Positions 1-13,100 of a DNA stretch of 55,195 nucleotides are shown here, piece after piece (position 1 is the stretch's first letter; every line of letters begins with the position of its first letter). The stretch covers positions 1-55,195 of the forward strand of contig JAYWIR010000157.1 of NCBI GenBank assembly GCA_036172245.1, in the 5' to 3' direction. A program made the position numbers and the translations under genes. This DNA comes from Raillietiella orientalis (taxonomy: Eukaryota). The notes beneath the pieces were generated by a model that ran no database searches, had not been told where the DNA came from, and worked only from the letters and a program-made list of their open reading frames with translations.

Positions 1-5
1 GCGCG

Positions 6-3000
6 GACCATGGGCGGTTCACAATGATTTCGGTCGCAATCCTGAGACATCAGAATGGTTGGAAGCAATCTACTTTCACTTCCTGCATCCAGATAGAATC
101 TTCAAAGTGCATCAAAAAACTCCTCTCTCTTTTCTATTTCCAATGCGGTGTTTTCCCGCCAAATCTCCGCACTTGCACGTAAACGACCATAGGCGGTTAC
201 AGATGATTTCGGTCGCAATCCTGAGACATCAGAATGGTTGGAATCAATCAACTTGCACTTCCTGCATCCAAATAGAATCTTCAAAGTGCATCAAAAACAC
301 TCCTCTCTCTTTTCTATTTTGAATGCAGTGTTTTCCCGCCAAATCTCCGCACTTGCACGTAAACGACCATGTCCGGTTCCCGATGATTTCGGTCGCAATC
401 CTGAGACATCAGAATGGTTGGAAGCAATCTATTTTCACTTCCTGCATCCAAATAGAATCTTCAAAGTGCATCAAAAAAATTCCTCTCTTTTTTCTATTTC
501 CAATGCGGTGTTTTCCCGCCAAAACTCCGCACTTGCACGTAAACGACCATGGCCGGTTCCCGATTATTTCGGTCGCAATCCTGAGACATCAGAATGGTTG
601 TAAGCAATCTACTTTCACTTCCTGCATCCAGATAGAAACTTCAAAGTGCATCAAAAAAATTCCTCTCTCTTTTCTATTTCCAATGCGGTGTTTTCCCGCC
701 AAATTTCCGCACTTGCACGTAAACGACCATGGCCGGTTCCCGATGATTTCGGTCGCAATCGTGAGACATCAGAATGGTTGTAAGGAATCTAATTTTACTT
801 CCTGCATCCAAATAGAATCTTCAGAGTGCATCAAAAAAATTCCTCGCTCTTTTCTATTTCCAATGCGGTGTTTTCCCTCCAAATCTCCGCACTTGCACCT
901 AAACGACCATAGCCGGTTCCCGATGATTTCGGTGGCAATCCTGAGACATCAGAATGGTTGGAAGCAATCTATTTCCACTTCCTGCATCCAAATAGAATCT
1001 TCAAAGTGCATCAAAAAAATTCCTTTCTCTTTTCTATTTCCAATGCGGTGTTCTCCCGCCAAATCTCCGCACTTTCACGTAAACGACCATGTGCGGTTCC
1101 CGATGATTTCGGTCGCAATCCTGAGACATCAGAATGGTTGGAAGCAATCTATTTCCACTTCCTGCATCCAAATAGAATCTTCAAAGTGCATCAAAAAAAT
1201 TCCTTTCTCTTTTCTATTTCCAATGCGGTGTTCTCCCGCCAAATCTCCGCACTTGCACGTAAACGACCATGGCCGGTTCCCGATGATTTCGGTCGCAATC
1301 GTGAGACATCAGAATGGTTGGAAGCAATCTATTTTCACTTCCTGCATCCAAATAGAATCTTCAGAGTGCATCAAAAAAATTCCTCGCTCTTTTCTATTTC
1401 CAATGCGGTGTTTTCCCGCCAAATCTCCGCACTTGCACGTAAACGACCATAGCCGGTTCCCGATGATTTCGGTGGCAATCCTGAGACATCAGAATGGTTG
1501 GAAGCAATCTACTTTCACTTCCTGCATCCAGATAGAATCTTCAAAGTGCATCAAAAAAACTCCTCTCTCTTTTCTATTTCCAATGCGGTGTTTTCCCGCC
1601 AAATCTCCGCACTTGCACGTAAACGACCATAGGCGGTTACAGATGATTTCGGTCGCAATCCTGAGACATCAGAATGGTTGGAATCAATCAACTTGCACTT
1701 CCTGCATCCAAATAGAATCTTCAAAGTGCATCAAAAAAACTCCTCTCTCTTTTCTATTTCCAATGCGTTGTTTTCCCGCCAAATCTCCGCACTTGCACGT
1801 AAACGACCATGGGCGGTTCCCGATGATTTCGGTCGCAATCCTGACACATCAGAATGGTTGGAATCAATCTACTTTCACTTCCTGCATCCAGATAGAATCT
1901 TCAAAGTGCATCAAAAAAACTCCCCTCTTTTTTCTATTTTCAATGCGGTGTTTTCCCGCCAAATCTCCGCACTTGCACGTAAACGACCATGGCCGCATCC
2001 CGATGATTTCGGTCGCAATCCTGAGACATCAGAATGGTTGGAAGCAATCTATTTTCACTTCCTGCATCCAAATAGAATCTTCAAAGTGCATCAAAAAAAT
2101 TCCTCTCTTTTTTCTATTTCCAATGCGGTGTTTTCCCGCAAAAACTCCGCACTTGCACTTAAATGACCATGGGCGGTTCACAATGATTTCGGTCGCAATC
2201 CTGAGACATCAGAATGGTTGGAAGCAATCTACTTTAACTTCCTGCATCCAGATAGAATCTTCAAAGTGCATCAAAAAAATTCCTTTCTCTTTCGATTTCC
2301 AATGCGGTGTTTTCCCGCCAAATCTCCGCACTTGCACGTAAACGACCATAGGCGGTTACAGATGATTTCGGTCGCAATCCTGAGACATCAGAATGGTTGG
2401 AATCAATCAACTTTCACTTCCTGCATCCAGATAGAATCTTCAAAGTGCATCAAAAACACTCCTCTCTCTTTTCTATTTTGAATGCAGTGTTTTCCCGCCA
2501 AATCTCCGCACTTGCACGTAAACGACCATGTCCGGTTCCCGATGATTTCGGTCGCAATCCTGAGACATCAGAATGGTTGGAAGCAATCTATTTTCACTTC
2601 CTGCATCCAAATAGAATCTTCAAAGTGCATCAAAAAAATTCCTCTCTTTTTTCTATTTCCAATGCGGTGTTTTCCCGCCAAAACTCCGCACTTGCACGTA
2701 AACGACCATGGCCGGTTCCCGATTATTTCGGTCGCAATCCTGAGACATCAGAATGGTTGTAAGCAATCTACTTTCACTTCCTGCATCCAGATAGAAACTT
2801 CAAAGTGCATCAAAAAAATTCCTCTCTCTTTTCTATTTCCAATGCGGTGTTTTCCCGCCAAATTTCCGCACTTGCACGTAAACGACCATGGCCGGTTCCC
2901 GATGATTTCGGTCGCAATCGTGAGACATCAGAATGGTTGCAAGGAATCTAATTTTACTTCCTGCATCCAAATAGAATCTTCAGAGTGCATCAAAAAAATT

Positions 3001-6000
3001 CCTCGCTCTTTTCTATTTCCAATGCGGTGTTTTCCCTCCAAATCTCCGCACTTGCACCTAAACGACCATAGCCGGTTCCCGATGATTTCGGTGGAAATCC
3101 TGAGACATCAGAATGGTTGGAAGCAATCTATTTCCACTTCCTGCATCCAAATAGAATCTTCAAAGTGCATCAAAAAAATTCCTTTCTCTTTTCTATTTCC
3201 AATGCGGTGTTCTCCCGCCAAATCTCCGCACTTTCACGTAAACGACCATGTGCGGTTCCCGATGATTTCGGTCGCAATCCTGAGACATCAGAATGGTTGG
3301 AAGCAATCTATTTCCACTTCCTGCATCCAAATAGAATCTTCAAAGTGCATCGAAAAAATTCCTTTCTCTTTTCTATTTCCAATGCGGTGTTCTCCCGCCA
3401 AATCTCCGCACTTGCACGTAAACGACCATGGCCGGTTCCCGATGATTTCGGTCGCAATCGTGAGACATCAGAATGGTTGGAAGCAATCTATTTTCACTTC
3501 CTGCATCCAAATAGAATCTTCAGAGTGCATCAAGAAAATTCCTCGCTCTTTTCTATTTCCAATGCGGTGTTTTCCCGTCAAATCTCCGCACTTGCACGTA
3601 AACGACCATAGCCGCTTCCCGATGATTTCGGTGGCAATCCTGAGACATCAGAATGGTTGGAAGCAATCTACTTTCACTTCCTGCATCCAGATAGAATCTT
3701 CAAAGTGCATCAAAAAAACTCCTCTCTCTTTTCTATTTCCAATGCGGTGTTTTCCCGCCAAATCTCCGCACTTGCACGTAAACGACCATAGGCGGTTACA
3801 GATGATTTCGGTCGCAATCCTGAGACATCAGAATGGTTGGAATCAATCAACTTGCACTTCCTGCATCCAAATAGAATCTTCAAAGTGCATCAAAAAAACT
3901 CCTCTCTCTTTTCTATTTCCAATGCGTTGTTTTCCCGCCAAATCTCCGCACTTGCACGTAAACGACCATGGGCGGTTCCCGATGATTTCGGTCGCAATCC
4001 TGACACATCAGAATGGTTGGAATCAATCTACTTTCACTTCCTGCATCCAGATAGAATCTTCAAAGTGCATCAAAAAAACTCCCCCCCTTTTTCTATTTTC
4101 AATGCGGTGTTTTCCCGCCAAATCTCCGCACTTGCACGTAAACGACCATGGCCGCATCCCGATGATTTCGGTCGCAATCCTGAGACATCAGAATGGTTGG
4201 AAGCAATCTATTTTCACTTCCTGCATCCAAATAGAATCTTCAAAGTGCATCAAAAAAATTCCTCTCTTTTTTCTATTTCCAATGCGGTGTTTTCCCGCAA
4301 AAACTCCGCACTTGCACTTAAATGACCATGGGCGGTTCACAATGATTTCGGTCGCAATCCTGAGACATCAGAATGGTTGGAAGCAATCTACTTTCACTTC
4401 CTGCATCCAGATAGAATCTTCAAAGTGCATCAAAAAAATTCCTTTCTCTTTCTATTTCCAATGCGGTGTTTTCCCGCCAAATCTCCGCACATGCACGTAA
4501 ACGACCATGGCCGGTTCCCGATTATTTCGGTCGCAATCCTGAGAGATTAAAATGGTTCGCAACAATCTATTTTCACTTCCTGCATCCAAATAGCATCTTC
4601 AAAGTGCATCAAAAAAATTCCTCTCTTTTTCCTATTTCCAATGCGGTGTTTTCCCGCCAAATCTCCGCACTTGCACGTAAACGACCATGGCCGGTTCCCG
4701 ATGATTTCGGTCGCAATCGTGAGACATCAGAATGGTTGTAAGGAATCTACTTTTACTTCCTGCATCCAGATAGAATCTTCAAAGTGCATCAAAAAAACTG
4801 CTCTCTCTTTTCTATTTCCAATGCGGTGTTTTCCCGCCAAATCTCCGCACTTGCACGTAAACGACCATAGGCGGTTACAGATGATTTCGGTCGCAATCCT
4901 GAGACATCAGAATGGTTGGAATCAATCAACTTGCACTTCCTGCATCCAAATAGAATCTTCAAAGTGCATCAAAAAAATTCCTCTCTCTTTTCTATTTCCA
5001 ATGCGGTGTTTTCCCGCCAAATCTCCGCACTTGCACGTAAACGACCATAGGCGGTTACAGATGATTTCGGTCGCAATCCTGAGACATCAGAATGGTTGGA
5101 ATCAATCAACTTGCACTTCCTGCATCCAAATAGAATCTTCAAAGTGCATCAAAAACACTCCTCTCTCTTTTCTATTTTCAATGCAGTGTTTTCCCGCCAA
5201 ATCTCCGCACTTGCACGTAAACGACCATGGCCGGTTCCCGATGATTTCGGTCGCAATCCTGAGACATCAGAATGGTTGGAAGCAATCTATTTTCACTTCC
5301 TGCATCCAAATAGAATCTTCAAAGTGCATCAAAAAAATTCCTCTCTTTTTTCTATTTCCAATGCGGTGTTTTCCCGCCAAAACTCCGCACTTGCACGTAA
5401 ACGACCATGGCCGGTTCCCGATTATTTCGGTCGCAATCCTGAGACATCAGAATGGTTGTAAGCAATCTACTTTCACTTCCTGCATCCAGATAGAAACTTC
5501 AAAGTGCATCAAAAAAATTCCTCTCTCTTTTCTATTTCCAATGCGGTGTTTTCCCGCCAAATTTCCGCACTTGCACGTAAACGACCATGGCCGGTTCCCG
5601 ATGATTTCGGTCGCAATCGTGAGACATCAGAATGGTTGTAAGGAATCTAATTTTACTTCCTGCATCCAAATAGAATCTTCAGAGTGCATCAAAAAAATTC
5701 CTCGCTCTTTTCTATTTCCAATGCGGTGTTTTCCCTCCAAATCTCCGCACTTGCACCTAAACGACCATAGCCGGTTCCCGATGATTTCGGTGGCAATCCT
5801 GAGACATCAGAATGGTTGGAAGCAATCTATTTCCACTTCCTGCATCCAAATAGAATCTTCAAAGTGCATCAAAAAAATTCCTTTCTCTTTTCTATTTCCA
5901 ATGCGGTGTTCTCCCGCCAAATCTCCGCACTTTCACGTAAACGACCATGTGCGGTTCCCGATGATTTCGGTCGCAATCCTGAGACATCAGAATGGTTGGA

Positions 6001-9000
6001 AGCAATCTATTTCCACTTCCTGCATCCAAATAGAATCTTCAAAGTGCATCAAAAAAATTCCTTTCTCTTTTCTATTTCCAATGCGGTGTTCTCCCGCCAA
6101 ATCTCCGCACTTGCACGTAAACGACCATGGCCGGTTCCCGATGATTTCGGTCGCAATCGTGAGACATCAGAATGGTTGGAAGCAATCTATTTTCACTTCC
6201 TGCATCCAAATAGAATCTTCAGAGTGCATCAAAAAAATTCCTCGCTCTTTTCTATTTCCAATGCGGTGTTTTCCCGCCAAATCTCCGCACTTGCACGTAA
6301 ACGACCATAGCCGGTTCCCGATGATTTCGGTGGCAATCCTGAGACATCAGAATGGTTGGAAGCAATCTACTTTCACTTCCTGCATCCAGATAGAATCTTC
6401 AAAGTGCATCAAAAAAACTCCTCTCTCTTTTCTATTTCCAATGCGGTGTTTTCCCGCCAAATCTCCGCACTTGCACGTAAACGACCATAGGCGGTTACAG
6501 ATGATTTCGGTCGCAATCCTGAGACATCAGAATGGTTGGAATCAATCAACTTGCACTTCCTGCATCCAAATAGAATCTTCAAAGTGCATCAAAAAAACTC
6601 CTCTCTCTTTTCTATTTCCAATGCGGTGTTTTCCCGCCAAATCTCCGCACTTGCACGTAAACGACCATGGGCGGTTCCCGATGATTTCGGTCGCAATCCT
6701 GACACATCAGAATGGTTGGAATCAATCTACTTTCACTTCCTGCATCCAGATAGAATCTTCAAAGTGCATCAAAAAAACTCCCCCCCTTTTTCTATTTTCA
6801 ATGCGGTGTTTTCCCGCCAAATCTCCGCACTTGCACGTAAACGACCATGGCCGCAAAAAAACTCCTCTCTCTTTTCTATTTCCAATGCGTTGTTTTCCCG
6901 CCAAATCTCCGCACTTGCACGTAAACGACCATGGGCGGTTCCCGATGATTTCGGTCGCAATCCTGACACATCAGAATGGTTGGAATCAATCTACTTTCAC
7001 TTCCTGCATCCAGATAGAATCTTCAAAGTGCATCAAAAAAACTCCCTCTTTTTTCTATTTTCAATGCGGTGTTTTCCCGCCAAATCTCCGCACTTGCACG
7101 TAAACGACCATGGCCGCATCCCGATGATTTCGGTCGCAATCCTGAGACATCAGAATGGTTGGAAGCAATCTATTTTCACTTCCTGCATCCAAATAGAATC
7201 TTCAAAGTGCATCAAAAAAATTCCTCTCTTTTTTCTATTTCCAATGCGGTGTTTTCCCGCCAAAACTCCGCACTTGCACTTAAATGACCATGGGCGGTTC
7301 ACAATGATTTCGGTCGCAATCCTGAGACATCAGAATGGTTGGAAGCAATCTACTTTCACTTCCTGCATCCAGATAGAATCTTCAAAGTGCATCAAAAAAA
7401 TTCCTTTCTCTTTCTATTTCCAATGCGGTGTTTTCCCGCCAAATCTCCGCACTTGCACGTAAACGACCATAGGCGGTTACAGATGATTTCGGTCGCAATC
7501 CTGAGACATCAGAATGGTTGGAATCAATCAACTTTCACTTCCTGCATCCAGATAGAATCTTCAAAGTGCATCAAAAACACTCCTCTCTCTTTTCTATTTT
7601 GAATGCAGTGTTTTCCCGCCAAATCTCCGCACTTGCACGTAAACGACCATGGCCGGTTCCCGATGATTTCGGTCGCAATCCTGAGACATCAGAATGGTTG
7701 GAAGCAATCTATTTTCACTTCCTGCATCCAAATAGAATCTTCAAAGTGCATCAAAAAAATTCCTCTCTTTTTTCTATTTCCAATGCGGTGTTTTCCCGCC
7801 AAAACTCCGCACTTGCACGTAAACGACCATGGCCGGTTCCCGATTATTTCGGTCGCAATCCTGAGACATCAGAATGGTTGTAAGCAATCTACTTTCACTT
7901 CCTGCATCCAGATAGAAACTTCAAAGTGCATCAAAAAAATTCCTCTCTCTTTTCTATTTCCAATGCGGTGTTTTCCCGCCAAATCTCCGCACTTGCACGT
8001 AAACGACCATGGCCGGTTCCCGATGATTTCGGTCGCAATCGTGAGACATCAGAATGGTTGGAAGCAATCTAATTTCACTTCCTGCATCCAAATAGAATCT
8101 TCAGAGTGCATCAAAAAAATTCCTCGCTCTTTTCTATTTCCAATGCGGTGTTTTCCCGCCAAATCTCCGCACTTGCACGTAAACGACCATGGCCGGTTCC
8201 CGATGATTTCGGTCGCAATCGTGAGACATCAGAATGGTTGGAAGCAATCTATTTTCACTTCCTGCATCCAAATAGAATCTTCAGAGTGCATCAAAAAAAT
8301 TCCTCGCTCTTTTCTATTTCCAATGCGGTGTTTTCCCGCCAAATCTCCGCACTTGCACGTAAACGACCATAGCCGCTTCCCGATGATTTCGGTGGCAATC
8401 CTGAGACATCAGAATGGTTGGAAGCAATCTACTTTCACTTCCTGCATCCAGATAGAATCTTCAAAGTGCATCAAAAAAACTCCTCTCTCTTTTCTATTTC
8501 CAATGCGGTGTTTTCCCGCCAAATCTCCGCACTTGCACGTAAACGACCATAGGCGGTTACAGATGATTTCGGTCGCAATCCTGAGACATCAGAATGGTTG
8601 GAATCAATCAACTTGCACTTCCTGCATCCAAATAGAATCTTCAAGGTGCATCAAAAAAACTCCTCTCTCTTTTCTATTTCCAATGCGTTGTTTTCCCGCC
8701 AAATCTCCGCACTTGCACGTAAACGACCATGGGCGGTTCCCGATGATTTCGGTCGCAATCCTGACACATCAGAATGGTTGGAATCAATCTACTTTCACTT
8801 CCTGCATCCAGATAGAATCTTCAAAGTGCATCAAAAAAACTCCCCCCCTTTTTCTATTTTCAATGCGGTGTTTTCCCGCCAAATCTCCGCACTTGCACGT
8901 AAACGACCATGGCCGCATCCCGATGATTTCGGTCGCAATCCTGAGACATCAGAATGGTTGGAAGCAATCTATTTTCACTTCCTGCATCCAAATAGAATCT

Positions 9001-9084
9001 TCAAAGTGCATCAAAAAAATTCCTCTCTTTTTTCTATTTCCAATGCGGTGTTTTCCCGCCAAAACTCCGCACTTGCACTTAAAT
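6..9084. repeat. 12-monomer higher-order repeat (2159 bp): two clean copies plus two rearranged copies
   Basis: Marker GACCATGGGCGGTTCACAATG starts at 6, 2165, 4324, 7286, 9085. Near-identical 672-aa ORFs at 323 and 2482 are offset by 2159. Copy 3 is 2962 bp (3 extra monomers plus a 264-bp duplication). Copy 4 is 1799 bp (10 monomers). Confidence 0.9.
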
Positions 9085-10139
9085 GACCATGGGCGGTTCA
9101 CAATGATTTCGGTCGCAATCCTGAGACATCAGAATGGTTGGAAGCAATCTACTTTCACTTCCTGCATCCAGATAGAATCTTCAAAGTGCATCAAAAAAAT
9201 TCCTTTCTCTTTCTATTTCCAATGCGGTGTTTTCCCGCCAAATCTCCGCACATGCACGTAAACGACCATGGCCGGTTCCCGATTATTTCGGTCGCAATCC
9301 TGAGAGATTAAAATGGTTCGCAACAATCTATTTTCACTTGCTGCATCCAAATAGCATCTTCAAAGTGCATCAAAAAAATTCCTCTCTTTTTCTATTTCCA
9401 ATGCGGTGTTTTCCCGCCAAATCTCCGCACTTGCACGTAAACGACCATGGCCGGTTCCCGATGATTTCGGTCGCAATCGTGAGACATCAGAATGGTTGTA
9501 AGGAATCTACTTTTACTTCCTGCATCCAGATAGAATCTTCAAAGTGCATCAAAAAAACTGCTCTCTCTTTTCTATTTCCAATGCGGTGTTTTCCCGCCAA
9601 ATCTCCGCACTTGCACGTAAACGACCATAGGCGGTTACAGATGATTTCGGTCGCAATCCTGAGACATCAGAATGGTTGGAATCAATCAACTTGCACTTCC
9701 TGCATCCAAATAGAATCTTCAAAGTGCATCAAAAAAATTCCTCTCTCTTTTCTATTTCCAATGCGGTGTTTTCCCGCCAAATCTCCGCACTTGCACGTAA
9801 ACGACCATGGGCGGTTCCCGATGATTTCGGTCGCAATCCTGACACATCAGAATGGTTGGAATCAATCTACTTTCACTTCCTGCATCCAGATAGAATCTTC
9901 AAAGTGCATCAAAAAAACTCCTCTCTCTTTTCTATTTCCAATGCGGTGTTTTCCCGCCAAATCTCCGCACTTGCACGTAAACGACCATAGGCGGTTACAG
10001 ATGATTTCGGTCGCAATCCTGAGACATCAGAATGGTTGGAAGCAATCTACTTTCACTTCCTGCATCCAAATAGAATCTTCAAAGTGCATCAAAAAAATTC
10101 CTCTCTCTTTTCTATTTCCAATGCGGTGTTTTCCCGCCA

Positions 10140-13100
10140 AATCTCCGCACTTGCACGTAAACGACCATGGCCGGTTCCCGATGATTTCGGTCGCAATCCT
10201 GAGACATCAGAATGGTTGGAAGCAATCTATTTTCACTTCCTGCATCCAAATAGAATCTTCAAAGTGCATCAAAAAAATTCCTCTCTTTTTTCTATTTCCA
10301 ATGCGGTGTTTTCCCGCCAAAACTCCGCACTTGCACTTAAATGACCATGGGCGGTTCCCGATGATTTCGGTCGCAATCCTGAGACATCAGAATGGTTGGA
10401 AGCAATCTACTTTCACTTCCTGCATCCAGATAGAATCTTCAAAGTGCATCAAAAAAATTCCTCTCTCTTTCTATTTCCAATGCGGTGTTTTCCCGCCAAA
10501 TCTCCGCACATGCACGTAAACGACCATGGCGGGTTCCCGATTATTTCGGTCGCAATCCTGAGAGATTAAAATGGTTCGCAACAATCTATTTTCACTTGCT
10601 GCATCCAAATAGCATCTTCAAAGTGCATCAAAAAAATTCCTCTCTTTTTTCTATTTCCAATGCGGTGTTTTCCCCCCAAAACTCCGCACTTGCACGTAAA
10701 CGACCATGACCGGTTCCCGATGATTTCGGTCGCAATCGTGAGACATCAGAATGGTTGTAAGGAATCTACTTTTACTTCCTGCATCCAAATAGAATCTTCA
10801 AAGTGCATCAAAAAAATTCCTCTCTCTTTTCTATTTCCAATGCGGTGTTTTCCCGCCAAATCTCCGCACTTGCACGTAAACGACCATGGGCGGTTCCCGA
10901 TGATTTCGGTCGCAATCCTGACACATCAGAATGGTTGGAATCAATCAACTTTCACTTCCTGCATCCAGATAGAATCTTCAAAGTGCATCAAAAACACTCC
11001 TCTCTCTTTTCTATTTTCAATGCAGTGTTTTCCCGCCAAATCTCCGCACTTGCACGTAAACGACCATGGCCGGTTCCCGATGATTTCGGTCGCAATCCTG
11101 AGACATCAGAATGGTTGGAAGCAATCTATTTTCACTTCCTGCATCCAAATAGAATCTTCAAAGTGCATCAAAAAAATTCCTCTCTTTTTTCTATTTCCAA
11201 TGCGGTGTTTTCCCGCCAAAACTCCGCACTTGCACTTAAATGACCATGGGCGGTTCCCGATGATTTCGGTCGCAATCGTGAGACATCAGAATGGTTGGAA
11301 GCAATCTACTTTCACTTCCTGCATCCAGATAGAATCTTCAAAGTGCATCAAGAAAATTCCTCTCTCTTTTCTATTTCCAATGCGGTGTTTTCCCGCCAAA
11401 TCTCCGCACATGCACGTAAACGACCATGGCCGGTTCCCGATTATTTCGGTCGCAATCCTGAGAGATTAAAATGGTTCGCAACAATCTATTTTCACTTCCT
11501 GCATCCAAATAGCATCTTCGAAGTGCATCAAAAAAATTCCTGTCTTTTTTCTATTTCCAATGCGGTGTTTTCCCGCCAAAACTCCGCACTTGCACTTAAA
11601 TGACCATGGGCGGTTACCGATGATTTCGCTCGCAATCCTGAGACATCAGAATGGTTGGAAGCAATCTATTTCCACTTCCTCCATCCAAATAGAATCTTCA
11701 AAGTGCATCAAAAAAATTCCTCTCTCTTTTCTATTTCCAATGCGGTGTTTTCCCGCCAAATCTCCGCACTTGCACGTAAACGACCATGGCCGGTTCCCGA
11801 TTATTTCGGTCGCAATCGTGAGACATCAGAATGGATGTAAGCAATCTACTTTTACTTCCTGCATCCAAATAGAATCTTCAAAGTGCATCAAAAACACTGC
11901 TCTCTCTTTTCTATTTCCAATGCGGTGTTTTCCCGCCAAAACTCCGCACTTGCACTTAAATGACCATTGGGCGGTTCACAATGATTTCGGTCGCAATCCT
12001 GAGACATCAGAATGGTTGGAAGCAATCTACTTTCACTTCCTGCATCCAGATAGAATCTTCAAAGTGCATCAAAAACACTCCTCTCTCTTTTCTATTTTCA
12101 ATGCAGTGTTTTCCCGCCAAATCTCCGCACTTGCACGTAAACGACCATGGCCGGTTCCCGATGATTTCGGTCGCAATCCTGAGACATCAGAATGGTTGGA
12201 AGCAATCTACTTTCACTTCCTGCATCCAGATAGAATCTTCAAAGTGCATCAAAAACACTCCTCTCTCTTTCTATTTCCAATTCGGTGTTTTCCCGCCAAA
12301 TCTCCGCACTTGCACGTAAACGACCATGGCCGGTTCCCGATTATTTCGGTCGCAATCCTGAGAGATTAAAATGGTTCGCAACAATCTATTTTCACTTGCT
12401 GCATCCAAATAGCATCTTCAAAGTGCATCAAAAAAATTCCTCTCTTTTTTCTATTTCCAATGCGGTGTTTTCCCGCCAAATCTCCGCACTTGCACGTAAA
12501 CGACCATGGCCGGTTCCCGATGATTTCGGTCGCAATCGTGAGACATCAGAATGGTTGTAAGGAATCTACTTTTACTTCCTGCATCCAGATAGAATCTTCA
12601 AAGTGCATCAAAAAGACTCCTCTCTCTTTTCTATTTCCAATGCGGTGTTTTCCCGCCAAATCTCCGCACTTGCACGTAAACGACCATAGGCGGTTACAGA
12701 TGATTTCGGTCGCAATCCTGAGACATCAGAATGGTTGGAATCAATCAACTTGCACTTCCTGCATCCAAATAGAATCTTCAAAGTGCATCAAAAAAATTCC
12801 TCTCTCTTTTCTATTTCCAATGCGGTGTTTTCCCGCCAAATCTCCGCACTTGCACGTAAACGACCATGGGCGGTTCCCGATGATTTCGGTCGCAATCCTG
12901 ACACATCAGAATGGTTGGAATCAATCAACTTTCACTTCCTGCATCCAAATAGAATCTTCAAAGTGCATCAAAAAAATTCCTCTCTTTTTTCTATTTCCAA
13001 TGCGGTGTTTTCCCGCCAAAACTCCGCACTTGCACTTAAATGACCATGGCCGGTTCCCGATGATTTCGGTCGCAATCGTGAGACATCAGAATGGTTGGAA

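Noticed and set aside
3086..3103. TTTCGGTGGAAATCCTG resembling the first part of a CENP-B box
   Set aside because: It is a single-copy variant and lacks the essential CGGG.
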